Positions 8,786-17,775 of a DNA stretch of 32,000 nucleotides are shown piece by piece. This DNA is from Delftia acidovorans NBRC 14950 (GTDB lineage: Bacteria; Pseudomonadota; Gammaproteobacteria; Burkholderiales; Burkholderiaceae_C): assembly GCF_001598795.1 (NCBI RefSeq), contig NZ_BCZP01000003.1, positions 1 to 32,000 on the forward strand, read 5' to 3'. Position numbers and translations under genes: made by a program. The notes under the pieces were generated by a model, which was given only the letters and a program-made list of their open reading frames with translations, was not told where the DNA came from and did no database searches. Position 1 is the stretch's first letter. Each line of letters opens with the position of its first letter.

Positions 8786-9574
8786 ATGCCAGTCCTGCCT
8801 CCCCTCGCCTCAGACAACGCCGCCCCCACCATCGGCGCGGGCGCATCGACCCCGGCCTTCAGCCCTTTGTATCAGCAGATCAAGGGACTGATACTGCAAA
8901 GCCTTGAAGCAGGCGAATGGCGGCCCGGCGAACTGATTCCCAGCGAGATGGAGCTGGCCGCGCGCTTTCGCGTGAGCCAAGGCACGGTGCGCAAGGCCAT
9001 CGACGAGCTGGCCGCGGAGAACCTGGTGATGCGCCGCCAGGGCAAGGGCACCTTCGTGGCCACCCACGCGGCCCAGCATGTGCAGTACCGCTTCCTCAAG
9101 CTGCAGCCCGACGGCGGCGACCAGCAGGGCGAGGGCCGTGCCGAGCGCCGCATCATCGACTGCCGGCGCCTGCGCGCATCGGCGGACGTGGCGCGCGGCC
9201 TGGCGCTGCGCAGCGGCGACGCCGTGATGCATGTGCGCCGCGTGCTGTCGTTCTCCGCAATCCCGACCATTTTGGAAGACATCTGGCTGCCGGGCCACGC
9301 CTTCAAGGGCCTGACCGCCGAGCAGATGTCCGCCTACCAGGGCCCCACCTACGCCATGTTCGAGCTGGACTACGGCGTGCGCATGGTGCGCGCCGACGAA
9401 AAGATCCGCGCCGTCCTGCCCGAGGCAGAACAGGCCCTGCTGCTGGATGTCCCCAGCACCACGCCCCTGCTGAGCGTGGAGCGCACCGCTTACACATACA
9501 ACGATGTTCCCATGGAGTTACGCCGTGGCCTGTACCGCACCGACACCCATCACTACCGCAACGCGCTGAGCTGA
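8786..9574 (+). CDS. GntR-family (HutC/UTRA subfamily) transcriptional regulator
   Basis: A winged HTH (LYQQIKGLILQSLEAGEWRPGELIPSEMELAARFRVSQGTVRKAIDELAAENLVMRRQGKGTFV) is followed by a UTRA-like effector domain. No obvious RBS, so the start is uncertain. Confidence 0.85.
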   Translation: MPVLPPLASDNAAPTIGAGASTPAFSPLYQQIKGLILQSLEAGEWRPGELIPSEMELAARFRVSQGTVRKAIDELAAENLVMRRQGKGTFVATHAAQHVQYRFLKLQPDGGDQQGEGRAERRIIDCRRLRASADVARGLALRSGDAVMHVRRVLSFSAIPTILEDIWLPGHAFKGLTAEQMSAYQGPTYAMFELDYGVRMVRADEKIRAVLPEAEQALLLDVPSTTPLLSVERTAYTYNDVPMELRRGLYRTDTHHYRNALS

Positions 9575-9631
9575 ACGATCCGTTCCCCAGAGAAGCGGGC
9601 GAAAATACGCAATTCCCAGCAAAGCTGTTTT

Positions 9632-9646
9632 TATTGCATTGCAATA
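9632..9646. promoter_or_regulatory. Perfect 15-bp palindrome tattgca-t-tgcaata upstream of sdhC, a candidate operator/promoter element
   Basis: Read directly, 63 nt upstream of the sdhC ATG in an AT-rich patch (ctgtttttattgcattgcaatagaattttgc). A TAGAAT -10-like hexamer at 9645-9650 overlaps its right arm. Confidence 0.4.
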
Positions 9647-9708
9647 GAATTTTGCATCGCCGCCCCTGAGCGATTACGAAGCAGTTACATCCACGAAAGT
9701 ACCCTGCC

Positions 9709-10131
9709 ATGACTGAGCAAGCCAAAAAGCGGCCAGAGTTCCGCAACATCAACTTCTTCAAGGACCTCCCCACCTACCGGTTGCCGCCGGCCGGCATCGT
9801 GTCCATCCTGCACCGCATCAGCGGCCTGCTGATGTTCATCCTGCTGCCTTTCATCCTGTGGATGATGGACATGTCGCTGACTTCGGAGATCTCCTTCGAC
9901 GGCTTCACCTCGGTTTTCGCGGGTCCCTTCGGATGGTTCCTCAAGCTCGTGTGCCTGGCATTGATCTGGGCCTACCTGCACCACTTTTGCGCCGGCGTCC
10001 GCCACCTGTTCATGGATGTGAACCACCACGCCGTCAACAAGCAGTTCGGCAAGTCCTCGGCCCTGGTGGTGCTGGTCCTGAGCGTTGGCCTGACCCTGAT
10101 CCTGGGTGCCAAGCTGTTCGGCCTGTACTGA
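9709..10131 (+). CDS. sdhC: Succinate dehydrogenase cytochrome b556 subunit
   Basis: 140-aa membrane protein with the HRISG motif. It is the first gene of the sdhCDAB order. Confidence 0.9.
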   Translation: MTEQAKKRPEFRNINFFKDLPTYRLPPAGIVSILHRISGLLMFILLPFILWMMDMSLTSEISFDGFTSVFAGPFGWFLKLVCLALIWAYLHHFCAGVRHLFMDVNHHAVNKQFGKSSALVVLVLSVGLTLILGAKLFGLY

Positions 10132-10167
10132 TTCACGATCTCTCCCTCACGATAAGGAAAAAGAACC

Positions 10168-10533
10168 ATGTCCGTGAATTACGGCTCCAAGCGCACCGTG
10201 GTCGGTGCGCACTACGGCATCCGCGACTGGATGGTGCAGCGCGTCACCGGCGTGCTGATGGCACTGTTCACCATCGTGCTGCTGGCCAAGCTGATCTTCA
10301 GCACCGGCTCCGTCGGCTATGACCTGTGGGCCGGCATCTTTGCCCCGCAGTGGATGAAGTTCCTGACCTTCGCCGTGATCGTCTCGCTGGCCTGGCACGT
10401 CTGGGTCGGCGTGCGCGACATCTGGATGGACTACGTCAAGCCCGTGGGCCTGCGCCTGGTGCTGAACGTTTTCACCCTGGTCTGGCTGGTCGGCTGCGCC
10501 GGCTGGGGCATCCAGATCCTGTGGCGTATCTGA
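10168..10533 (+). CDS. sdhD: Succinate dehydrogenase hydrophobic membrane anchor subunit
   Basis: 121-aa three-TM protein immediately after sdhC. AAGGAAAAAG RBS region. Confidence 0.9.
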   Translation: MSVNYGSKRTVVGAHYGIRDWMVQRVTGVLMALFTIVLLAKLIFSTGSVGYDLWAGIFAPQWMKFLTFAVIVSLAWHVWVGVRDIWMDYVKPVGLRLVLNVFTLVWLVGCAGWGIQILWRI

Positions 10534-10566
10534 TAGAGACGCGGTCTCCACGATTGAAGGTTAAGA

Positions 10567-12372
10567 ATGAGCTACTCCAAAGCAAACATCACCAAGCGCA
10601 AGTTTGACGTCGTCATCGTCGGCGCTGGCGGCTCCGGCCTGCGTGCCGCGCTGGAACTGTCGCGCGCCGGCCTGTCCGTGGCCTCGTTGTCCAAGGTCTT
10701 CCCCACGCGCTCGCACACCGTGGCTGCGCAGGGCGGCGTGTCCGCTTCGCTGGGCAACATGAGCGAGGACAACTGGCACTACCACTTCTACGACACCATC
10801 AAGGGCTCCGACTGGCTCGGCGACCAGGATGCGATCGAGTTCATGTGCCGCGAAGCGCCCAACGTCGTGATCGAGCTGGAACACTTCGGCATGCCGTTCG
10901 ACCGCAACCCCGACGGCACCATCTACCAGCGTCCCTTCGGCGGCCACACGGCCAACTACGGTGAAAAGCCCGTGCAGCGAGCCTGCGCCGCGGCCGACCG
11001 TACCGGCCACGCCATGCTGCACACGCTGTACCAGCAGAACGTCAAGTCCAAGACCAACTTCTTCGTGGAGTGGATGGCGCTGGACCTGATCCGCAACACC
11101 CAGGGCGACGTGGTCGGCGTGACCGCCATCGAACTGGAAACCGGCGACCTGTACGAGCTGCACGCCAAGGCCGTGCTGCTGGCCACGGGTGGCGCTGGCC
11201 GCATCTTCCAGGCATCGACCAATGCCTTCATCAACACCGGCGACGGCCTGGGCATGGCTGCACGCGCAGGCATCCCGCTGCAGGACATGGAGTTCTGGCA
11301 GTTCCACCCCACTGGCGTGGCCGGCGCGGGTGTGCTGCTGACCGAAGGCTGCCGTGGCGAAGGCGCCATCCTGCTCAACAGCGAAGGCGAACGCTTCATG
11401 GAGCGCTACGCTCCCACGCTGAAGGATCTGGCACCGCGCGACTTCGTGTCCCGCTCCATGGACCAGGAAATCAAGGAAGGCCGTGGCTGTGGTCCCAACA
11501 AGGACTACATCCTGATGAAGCTGGACCACCTGGGCGCCGACACCATCCGCAAGCGCCTGCCTTCGGTGGAAGAGATCGGCCACAACTTCGCCAACGTGGA
11601 CATCACCAAGGAACCGATTCCCGTGGTGCCCACCATCCACTATCAGATGGGCGGCATTCCCACCAACATCAACGGCCAGGTCGTGGTGTGGGACGGTCAG
11701 CAGAACAATGTGGTCAATGGCCTCTATGCCGTGGGCGAATGCTCCTGCGTGTCGGTGCACGGCGCCAACCGCCTGGGCACGAACTCGCTGCTGGACCTGC
11801 TGGTCTTCGGCAAGTCGGCCGGCAAGCACATCGTGCAGTTCGTCAACGGCTTCGGCGACCACAAGGCCGTGCCGGCCGATGGCTCGGAGCGCACGCTCAC
11901 GCGCCTGAACCAGCTCGACGACTCCAAGGAAGGCACCTACGCCCAGGACCTGGCTGGCGACATCCGCGCCACCATGCAGCAGCATGCCGGCGTGTTCCGC
12001 ACGCAAAAGAGCATGGACGAAGGCGAAGTCAAGATCAACGCCATCCGCGAACGCGTGGGCTCCGTGACCCTCAAGGACAAGTCCAAGGTCTGGAACACCG
12101 CCCGCATGGAAGCGCTGGAAGTGGACAACCTGATCGAAGTGGCCCAGGCCACCATGATCTCGGCCGCTGCCCGCCACGAATGCCGCGGCGCCCACACCGT
12201 GTACGACTACGAGCATCCTGCCGACCACGCCGAGTTCCCGCTGGGCCGCAATGACAAGGAATGGCTCAAGCACACCCTGTGGTACAGCGCCACCAACAGC
12301 CTGGACTACAAGCCCGTGAACCTGAAGCCCCTCACGGTGGACAGCGTGCCGCCCAAGGTCCGCACGTTCTAA
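10567..12372 (+). CDS. sdhA: Succinate dehydrogenase flavoprotein subunit
   Basis: 601 aa. FAD-binding FDVVIVGAGGSGLRAAL, the covalent-FAD histidine context SHTVAAQGG, and the HGANRLG motif. Confidence 0.97.
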   Translation: MSYSKANITKRKFDVVIVGAGGSGLRAALELSRAGLSVASLSKVFPTRSHTVAAQGGVSASLGNMSEDNWHYHFYDTIKGSDWLGDQDAIEFMCREAPNVVIELEHFGMPFDRNPDGTIYQRPFGGHTANYGEKPVQRACAAADRTGHAMLHTLYQQNVKSKTNFFVEWMALDLIRNTQGDVVGVTAIELETGDLYELHAKAVLLATGGAGRIFQASTNAFINTGDGLGMAARAGIPLQDMEFWQFHPTGVAGAGVLLTEGCRGEGAILLNSEGERFMERYAPTLKDLAPRDFVSRSMDQEIKEGRGCGPNKDYILMKLDHLGADTIRKRLPSVEEIGHNFANVDITKEPIPVVPTIHYQMGGIPTNINGQVVVWDGQQNNVVNGLYAVGECSCVSVHGANRLGTNSLLDLLVFGKSAGKHIVQFVNGFGDHKAVPADGSERTLTRLNQLDDSKEGTYAQDLAGDIRATMQQHAGVFRTQKSMDEGEVKINAIRERVGSVTLKDKSKVWNTARMEALEVDNLIEVAQATMISAAARHECRGAHTVYDYEHPADHAEFPLGRNDKEWLKHTLWYSATNSLDYKPVNLKPLTVDSVPPKVRTF

Positions 12373-12399
12373 TCCAGCAGCCCACGAGAGAACAGACAA

Positions 12400-13104
12400 A
12401 TGAAGCGCACTTTCAAGATCTACCGCTACGACCCGGACAAGGATGCCAAGCCCTACATGCAGACCGTCGAGGTCGAGCTGGACGGCCACGAGCGCATGCT
12501 GCTGGACGCCCTGGTTAAGCTCAAGGAGATGGACCCCTCCATCTCGTTCCGCCGCTCCTGCCGCGAAGGCGTGTGCGGCTCGGACGCGATGAACATCAAT
12601 GGCAAGAACGGCCTGGCCTGCCTGACGAACATGAAGACCCTGCAGGGCGACATCGTTCTCAAGCCCCTGCCCGGCCTGCCCGTGATCCGCGACCTGATCG
12701 TGGACATGACGCAGTTCTTCAAGCAGTACCACTCGATCAAGCCGTACCTGCAGAACGACAGCTTCGCGTCTCCCACCAAGGAACGCCTGCAGTCGCCTGA
12801 AGAGCGCGAAGAGCTCAACGGCCTGTACGAGTGCATTCTGTGCGCCAGCTGCTCCACCAGCTGCCCCAGCTTCTGGTGGAACCCCGACAAGTTCGTGGGC
12901 CCGGCCGGCCTGCTGCAGGCCTACCGCTTCATCGCGGACAGCCGCGACGAGGCCACGGGTGACCGCCTTGACAACCTGGAAGATCCGTACCGCCTCTTCC
13001 GTTGCCACACCATCATGAACTGCGTGGACGTGTGCCCCAAGCACCTGAACCCCACGCAGGCCATTGGCAAGATCAAGGAACTGATGGTCCGCCGGGCCAT
13101 CTGA
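12400..13104 (+). CDS. sdhB: Succinate dehydrogenase iron-sulfur subunit
   Basis: 234 aa. 2Fe-2S motif CREGVCGSDAMNINGKNGLAC, 4Fe-4S/3Fe-4S motifs CILCASCSTSCP and CHTIMNCVDVCP. Confidence 0.97.
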   Translation: MKRTFKIYRYDPDKDAKPYMQTVEVELDGHERMLLDALVKLKEMDPSISFRRSCREGVCGSDAMNINGKNGLACLTNMKTLQGDIVLKPLPGLPVIRDLIVDMTQFFKQYHSIKPYLQNDSFASPTKERLQSPEEREELNGLYECILCASCSTSCPSFWWNPDKFVGPAGLLQAYRFIADSRDEATGDRLDNLEDPYRLFRCHTIMNCVDVCPKHLNPTQAIGKIKELMVRRAI

Positions 13105-13403
13105 TGACCATGACGAATACTCTGCTCGACGAACGCGAGCGAGACCTGCTGCGCTGGCGCTGCCGGCGTGGCCTGGTCGAGAACGACCTGTTCATCGCGC
13201 AGTTCTTCGCCACCTACGGAGACCAGCTCACGCGGAGACACGCGAGCGGTCTGTCTGCCTTGATGGACCTGGCAGACAACGACCTGATGGACCTCTTCTT
13301 GCGCCGCAAGGAGCCTGAAGGTGAACTCGATACCCAAGAAATCAGGGAAGTTCTGGAACTGGTGCGCAAGCGCAAGCCCGGTTCTCTCCCGCTAGTAGGC
13401 TAG
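13104..13403 (+). CDS. sdhE: FAD assembly factor SdhE (YgfY/Sdh5 family)
   Basis: 99 aa. The start overlaps the sdhB stop (TGATG). It contains the family RGxxE motif (RRGLVENDL) and the typical DxDLxxW/L-type helical pattern. Confidence 0.8.
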   Translation: MTMTNTLLDERERDLLRWRCRRGLVENDLFIAQFFATYGDQLTRRHASGLSALMDLADNDLMDLFLRRKEPEGELDTQEIREVLELVRKRKPGSLPLVG

Positions 13404-13428
13404 GCAATCTAGAGAAGGAAGTTTGGAA

Positions 13429-14739
13429 ATGAAACTCGCAGACAACAAAGCAACGCTGTCATTCAGCAACGGCGCTCCCAGCGTCGAGCTGCCCGTCTAC
13501 CAGGGCAACGTCGGTCCCGACGTGGTGGACATCCGCAAGCTGTACGCGCAGACCGGCATGTTCACCTATGACCCGGGCTTCCTCTCTACCGCCTCGTGCC
13601 AGTCCGCCATCACCTACATCGATGGCGACAAGGGCGAGCTGCTGTACCGTGGCTACCCCATCGAGCAGCTGGCCAAGAACTGCGACTACCTCGAGACCTG
13701 TTACCTGCTGCTGTACGGCGAGCTGCCCAACGAGTCCGAGAAGGCCGACTTCGTCGAGCGCGTGACCAAGCACACCATGGTCAACGAGCAGATGCAGTTC
13801 TTCCTGCGTGGTTTCCGCCGTGACGCCCACCCCATGGCCGTCCTGACGGGTCTGGTCGGCGGCATGTCGGCCTTCTACCACGACAACATGGACATCAACA
13901 ACGCCGAGCACCGCGACATCGCCGCGATCCGCCTGATCGCCAAGATGCCCACGCTGGTCTCCATGGCCTACAAGTACGGCATCGGTGCTCCGTACATGTA
14001 CCCCAAGAACGACCTGAGCTACGCCGGCAACTTCATGCGCATGATGTTCGGCAACCCCTGCGAGGAGTTCAAGGTGAACCCCGTGGTCGAGCGCGCGCTG
14101 GACCGCATCTTCATCCTGCACGCAGACCACGAGCAAAACGCCTCCACCTCCACCGTGCGCCTGTGCGGCTCGTCGGGCACCAACCCCTTCGCCGCCATCT
14201 CGGCCGGCGTGGCCTGCCTGTGGGGTCCTGCCCACGGCGGCGCCAACGAAGCCTGCCTGAACATGCTGGAATACCTGCAGGCCAACGGCGGCGTTGCCAA
14301 GGTCGGCGAGTTCATGGAACAGGTCAAGGACAAGAACAGCGGCGTCAAGCTGATGGGCTTCGGCCACCGCGTCTACAAGAACTACGACCCCCGCGCCAAG
14401 CTCATGCAGGAAACCTGCAATGAAGTGCTGGCCGAACTGGGCCTGGAAAAGGACCCCCTGTTCGCCCTGGCCAAGGAAGTCGAGAAGATCGCCCTGGAAG
14501 ACGACTACTTCGTGCAGCGCAAGCTCTACCCGAACGTGGACTTCTACTCCGGCATCGTGCAGCGCGCCATCGGCGTGCCCGTGAACCTGTTCACCGGCAT
14601 CTTCGCCCTGGCCCGCACCGTGGGCTGGATCGCCCAGCTCAACGAGCAGATGGCCGACCCCGAGTACAAGATCGGCCGTCCCCGCCAGCTGTTCACGGGC
14701 TCCGTGTCCCGCGACGTCAAGCCGATCGGCCAGCGCTGA
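13429..14739 (+). CDS. gltA: Type II citrate synthase
   Basis: 436 aa. Motifs [15 protein letters not shown] and [25 protein letters not shown] about 8 nt upstream of ATG 13429 (the ORF track opens at TTG 13423). Confidence 0.97.
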   Translation: MKLADNKATLSFSNGAPSVELPVYQGNVGPDVVDIRKLYAQTGMFTYDPGFLSTASCQSAITYIDGDKGELLYRGYPIEQLAKNCDYLETCYLLLYGELPNESEKADFVERVTKHTMVNEQMQFFLRGFRRDAHPMAVLTGLVGGMSAFYHDNMDINNAEHRDIAAIRLIAKMPTLVSMAYKYGIGAPYMYPKNDLSYAGNFMRMMFGNPCEEFKVNPVVERALDRIFILHADHEQNASTSTVRLCGSSGTNPFAAISAGVACLWGPAHGGANEACLNMLEYLQANGGVAKVGEFMEQVKDKNSGVKLMGFGHRVYKNYDPRAKLMQETCNEVLAELGLEKDPLFALAKEVEKIALEDDYFVQRKLYPNVDFYSGIVQRAIGVPVNLFTGIFALARTVGWIAQLNEQMADPEYKIGRPRQLFTGSVSRDVKPIGQR

Positions 14740-14771
14740 TCGCAGGTCCGAGCCTCAGCGGCCCGGCACCC

Positions 14772-14804
14772 AAAAGCCCCATGCCTTTGCATGGGGCTTT
14801 TTTC
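14772..14804 (+). terminator. Rho-independent terminator of the sdh-gltA operon
   Basis: aaaagccccatgc (14772-14784), cttt loop, gcatggggctttt (14789-14801), running into a T-tract (14798-14803). Confidence 0.9.
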
Positions 14805-14943
14805 ATTTGCGAGCCCACCGCTCCAGAAGGCCACACCAGTCCTAGGAACACCATTTTCCCTATCGTGGCATGCCCATTGATTGAGCCTATCCACCTTAAG
14901 GTGACCGTTGACCCTCCCTCAAACGGAATGGAGCCGCAGCGCA

Positions 14944-15642
14944 ATGCCCGCTGCCATTCAACGCAACCCCGGGACTCACATGCTTGTCGAAATCAACAAG
15001 GACGGAATGCTCATCCATGCGCGCGTCAGGAACGCGCGCAGCCCCGCCATCGAGAGAGGAAAGCGGACCGCCGCCATCACCGGCATCGTCGTGCACCAGA
15101 CCGATGCCAACACGGCCCAGTCTTCGCTCAACAGCTACAGGAACCCGAAGGCCAATGGGGCACACTTCCTGATCGACAAGGACGGCACCATCTACCAGAC
15201 TGCGGCCATCTATCAGCGTGCCAACCATGTGGGCCCGCTGAAGGCGAGGTGCCTGCTTGTGGGGAAATGCAAGGCCAGGGACTATGAAGGACTGAAGGCA
15301 AAGGGGGTACACCGCATCGAGATGCTGAAGGCTCCTGGTGAACGCTATCCGAGCAATATGGAGGCCATAGGTATCGAGATGGTCGGCCGAGCGGAGTTGC
15401 CGAAGGGGTTCAAACCTTCCTCCAACGAAGCGGATTTGCCCCCCGAGAGATTGCGAGGAGAGCGCGGCCTCTATCCCGCCCCGACCCAAGCTCAGAACCG
15501 GTCACTGACATGGCTTGTTGAAGCACTGCAGGACTCCATGCAACTGTCGCCCGGTGAAGTCTTCAAACATCCCGAGGTAAGTTGGAAAAATCTGACCGAA
15601 GCAGAAGGTGCAAACTGGAACCTTCCTACGAACACACCATGA
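14944..15642 (+). CDS. Leaderless N-acetylmuramoyl-L-alanine amidase, Amidase_2 (PGRP/AmpD/T7-lysozyme) fold; putative antibacterial cell-wall effector
   Basis: Motifs ITGIVVHQT (first Zn His, codon 15094-15096), GAHFLIDKDGTIYQ, ANHVG, AIGIEMVG and FKHPEV (His codon 15568-15570, Glu at +10). No signal peptide. Low G+C. The start is uncertain: TTG 14908, ATG 14944 (GGAG 10 nt upstream) or ATG 14980. Confidence 0.75.
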   Translation: MPAAIQRNPGTHMLVEINKDGMLIHARVRNARSPAIERGKRTAAITGIVVHQTDANTAQSSLNSYRNPKANGAHFLIDKDGTIYQTAAIYQRANHVGPLKARCLLVGKCKARDYEGLKAKGVHRIEMLKAPGERYPSNMEAIGIEMVGRAELPKGFKPSSNEADLPPERLRGERGLYPAPTQAQNRSLTWLVEALQDSMQLSPGEVFKHPEVSWKNLTEAEGANWNLPTNTP

Positions 15643-16151
15643 AGTACCACCAATTTTTTTGGGCAATAACTTCAGCGATGGTCATGGCCTCAACGATTCA
15701 TGCTGCTGACGCCCGGTATTCTGCGAAGCACATCCAGAAAATCAATATCTTCGCCCCCTCATCAAGCAACCCCGCTTGGGAGGATAAAAAATGGCTCGAT
15801 TGCGACGATGTGATCCTGACCGAGGAGGATGTGCGATATGCATTGCAGCATATACGCCGAATTTCGGAAAAAGCCTACTTCAGCGAAGAAAACATGGATA
15901 GATCCGGATGCTCCGGAGGTGCGTCCGTCACGTTCAAGAGCGGAAAGATCATCGTCATGGATATCGAGCCAACAGGGCGAATCAGAATCTTCGAGGCGAA
16001 CAGGAAGCTTGAACCCCTTGGAGTGCCCTCACGCTACTACGACTGCGCTCCTTGCAACAAACGCAAGATGAACCTGCTGCAAGACGCCTTGGACCGCGCC
16101 ACGGAAAGGCGGCTCAAGGAGCTGAAAAGGCAGGGCCGGCTCCCGCCTTGA
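15639..16151 (+). CDS. Periplasmic (Sec signal) protein of unknown family; putative cognate immunity protein for the upstream amidase
   Basis: ATG 15639 overlaps the amidase stop (ATGA). The signal peptide is MKYHQFFWAITSAMVMASTIHA/AD, with no lipobox. 170 aa, 4 Cys in the mature part, charged helical C-terminus. It has the same low G+C as its partner. Confidence 0.6.
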   Translation: MKYHQFFWAITSAMVMASTIHAADARYSAKHIQKINIFAPSSSNPAWEDKKWLDCDDVILTEEDVRYALQHIRRISEKAYFSEENMDRSGCSGGASVTFKSGKIIVMDIEPTGRIRIFEANRKLEPLGVPSRYYDCAPCNKRKMNLLQDALDRATERRLKELKRQGRLPP

Positions 16152-16442
16152 GTCACGGTCTGGTCTTCTCTTGCGCGCCGGTTTCGGCAATGGCCCTGAC
16201 GCTTTATTCAACGCTTCGTGCGGCCGATGCCAGATAGCCGCTCAGGCACGCGCCACCGACCCGGCTGCAACGGCTGGCGGCCTGGTGAACGACCTGCTGG
16301 CCGGCTGCGCCGCCTGGCCTGAGCGCCGGGGCCAAGCCCCCTGCTTCACGCAGCAGCGCGGTTTCGCCGACAATGCCCCCCCGGCCCTCGTGGCCGGGCC
16401 TTCCATGCGCCGGGGTTCCGGCCCCAGCCACTCCTGCACACC

Positions 16443-17756
16443 ATGAACTTTGCCTCCCTCGGCCTGAGCCCGGCGCTGGTCTCCAGCCTCCAAGACCTGG
16501 GCCTGGTCGATCCCACGCCCATACAGACCCAGTCTATCGCCCCCGTGCTTGCAGGCCGCGACCTCTGGGCCTGTGCGCCCACGGGCTCGGGCAAGACGGC
16601 CGCCTACCTGCTGCCGCTGCTGCAGCGCTGGATGGATGGCGGCAAGGCCCAGGGTGCTCAGGGCGGCTTTGTGCGAACCCTGACCACGCTGATCGTGGTG
16701 CCCACGCGCGAGCTGGCCCAGCAGGTGGGCGAGACGCTGTCCGACCTGGGCCGCGCGCTCAAGCAGCCGCCGCGCATCGGTGTGGTCTATGGCGGCGTGT
16801 CCATCAACCCGCAGATGATGATGCTGCGCGGCAGTGCCGACTTCCTGGTGGCCACGCCGGGCCGCCTGCTGGACCTGGTGGAGCACAACGCCGTGCGCCT
16901 GTCCGCCGTGCGCCACCTGGTGCTGGACGAGGCCGACCGCCTGCTGGACCTGGGCTTTCAGGAAGAGCTGCAGCGCGTGCTGGCCCTGCTGCCGAAGCAA
17001 CGCCAGACCCTGCTGTTCTCAGCCACCTACCCCGACGCCGTGCAATCGCTGGCCACGGGCCTGCTGCACGATCCCGTTCAGGCACGCGTCGATGCCGCCG
17101 AAGGCCAGGATGCCGCCAGCCCGCAAAGCATCACCCAGCGCGCCATTGCCGTGGACCGCGCGCGCCGCACGCAATTGCTGCGCCAGCTGGTGCAGGGCGA
17201 CACCGCTGCGGGTACCGACCCTGTCATGCTCGAACGTGCCCTGGTCTTCGTGGCCACGCGGCACACGGCCGAACTGGTGGCTGAAAAGCTCTACAAGGCC
17301 GGCATCTTCGCCACGGCCTTCCATGGCGACCTGAGCCAGGGCGCACGCAAGGAAGCGCTGGCCGACTTCAAGGCCAAGCGCTGGCAGGTGATGATCACCA
17401 CCGACTTGGCGGCGCGCGGCATCGACATCACCCAGCTGCCCCTGGTCGTCAACTACGACCTGCCGCGCTCGGCCACCGACTATGTGCACCGCATCGGCCG
17501 CACGGGCCGCGCGGGCGAGGACGGCACGGCCATCAGCTTCGTGACGCCGGTCGACCAGGCGCACTGGGCGCTGATCTGCAAGCGCAACCAGCTGGACCTT
17601 GAACTGGAGCAGTTGCCGGGCTTCGAGCCCACCGAGCCCGTGCCGCCGCCTCCGGTGGCGCAGGACGGCAACGGCGGCATCAAGGGCCGCCGCCCGAGCA
17701 AAAAAGACAAGCTGCGTGCCGCGCAGGCTGCCGAGGCAGCAGCCAAAAGAGGCTGA
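16443..17756 (+). CDS. DEAD-box ATP-dependent RNA helicase (RhlE-like)
   Basis: Q-motif TPIQ, motif I APTGSGKT, motif II VLDEAD, SAT, HRIGRTGRAG, and a basic C-terminal tail. Confidence 0.93.
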   Translation: MNFASLGLSPALVSSLQDLGLVDPTPIQTQSIAPVLAGRDLWACAPTGSGKTAAYLLPLLQRWMDGGKAQGAQGGFVRTLTTLIVVPTRELAQQVGETLSDLGRALKQPPRIGVVYGGVSINPQMMMLRGSADFLVATPGRLLDLVEHNAVRLSAVRHLVLDEADRLLDLGFQEELQRVLALLPKQRQTLLFSATYPDAVQSLATGLLHDPVQARVDAAEGQDAASPQSITQRAIAVDRARRTQLLRQLVQGDTAAGTDPVMLERALVFVATRHTAELVAEKLYKAGIFATAFHGDLSQGARKEALADFKAKRWQVMITTDLAARGIDITQLPLVVNYDLPRSATDYVHRIGRTGRAGEDGTAISFVTPVDQAHWALICKRNQLDLELEQLPGFEPTEPVPPPPVAQDGNGGIKGRRPSKKDKLRAAQAAEAAAKRG

Positions 17757-17775
17757 GTTTTCCAGCCCGATCCGC

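Noticed and set aside
7416-8891. 491-aa plus-strand ORF antisense to mdh
   Set aside because: Phantom ORF. mdh on the minus strand is unambiguous.
10561-13044. 827-aa ORF on the minus strand, antisense to sdhA/sdhB
   Set aside because: The same high-G+C artefact. sdhA and sdhB on the plus strand have definitive cofactor motifs.
14944-16151. Alternative reading of the amidase pair as a prophage endolysin plus spanin remnant
   Set aside because: No holin, no embedded Rz1-like lipoprotein ORF and no other phage, integrase or att features nearby. The partner is mostly a Cys-containing globular domain rather than a coiled-coil i-spanin. This is not fully excluded, and the charged helical C-terminus is noted.
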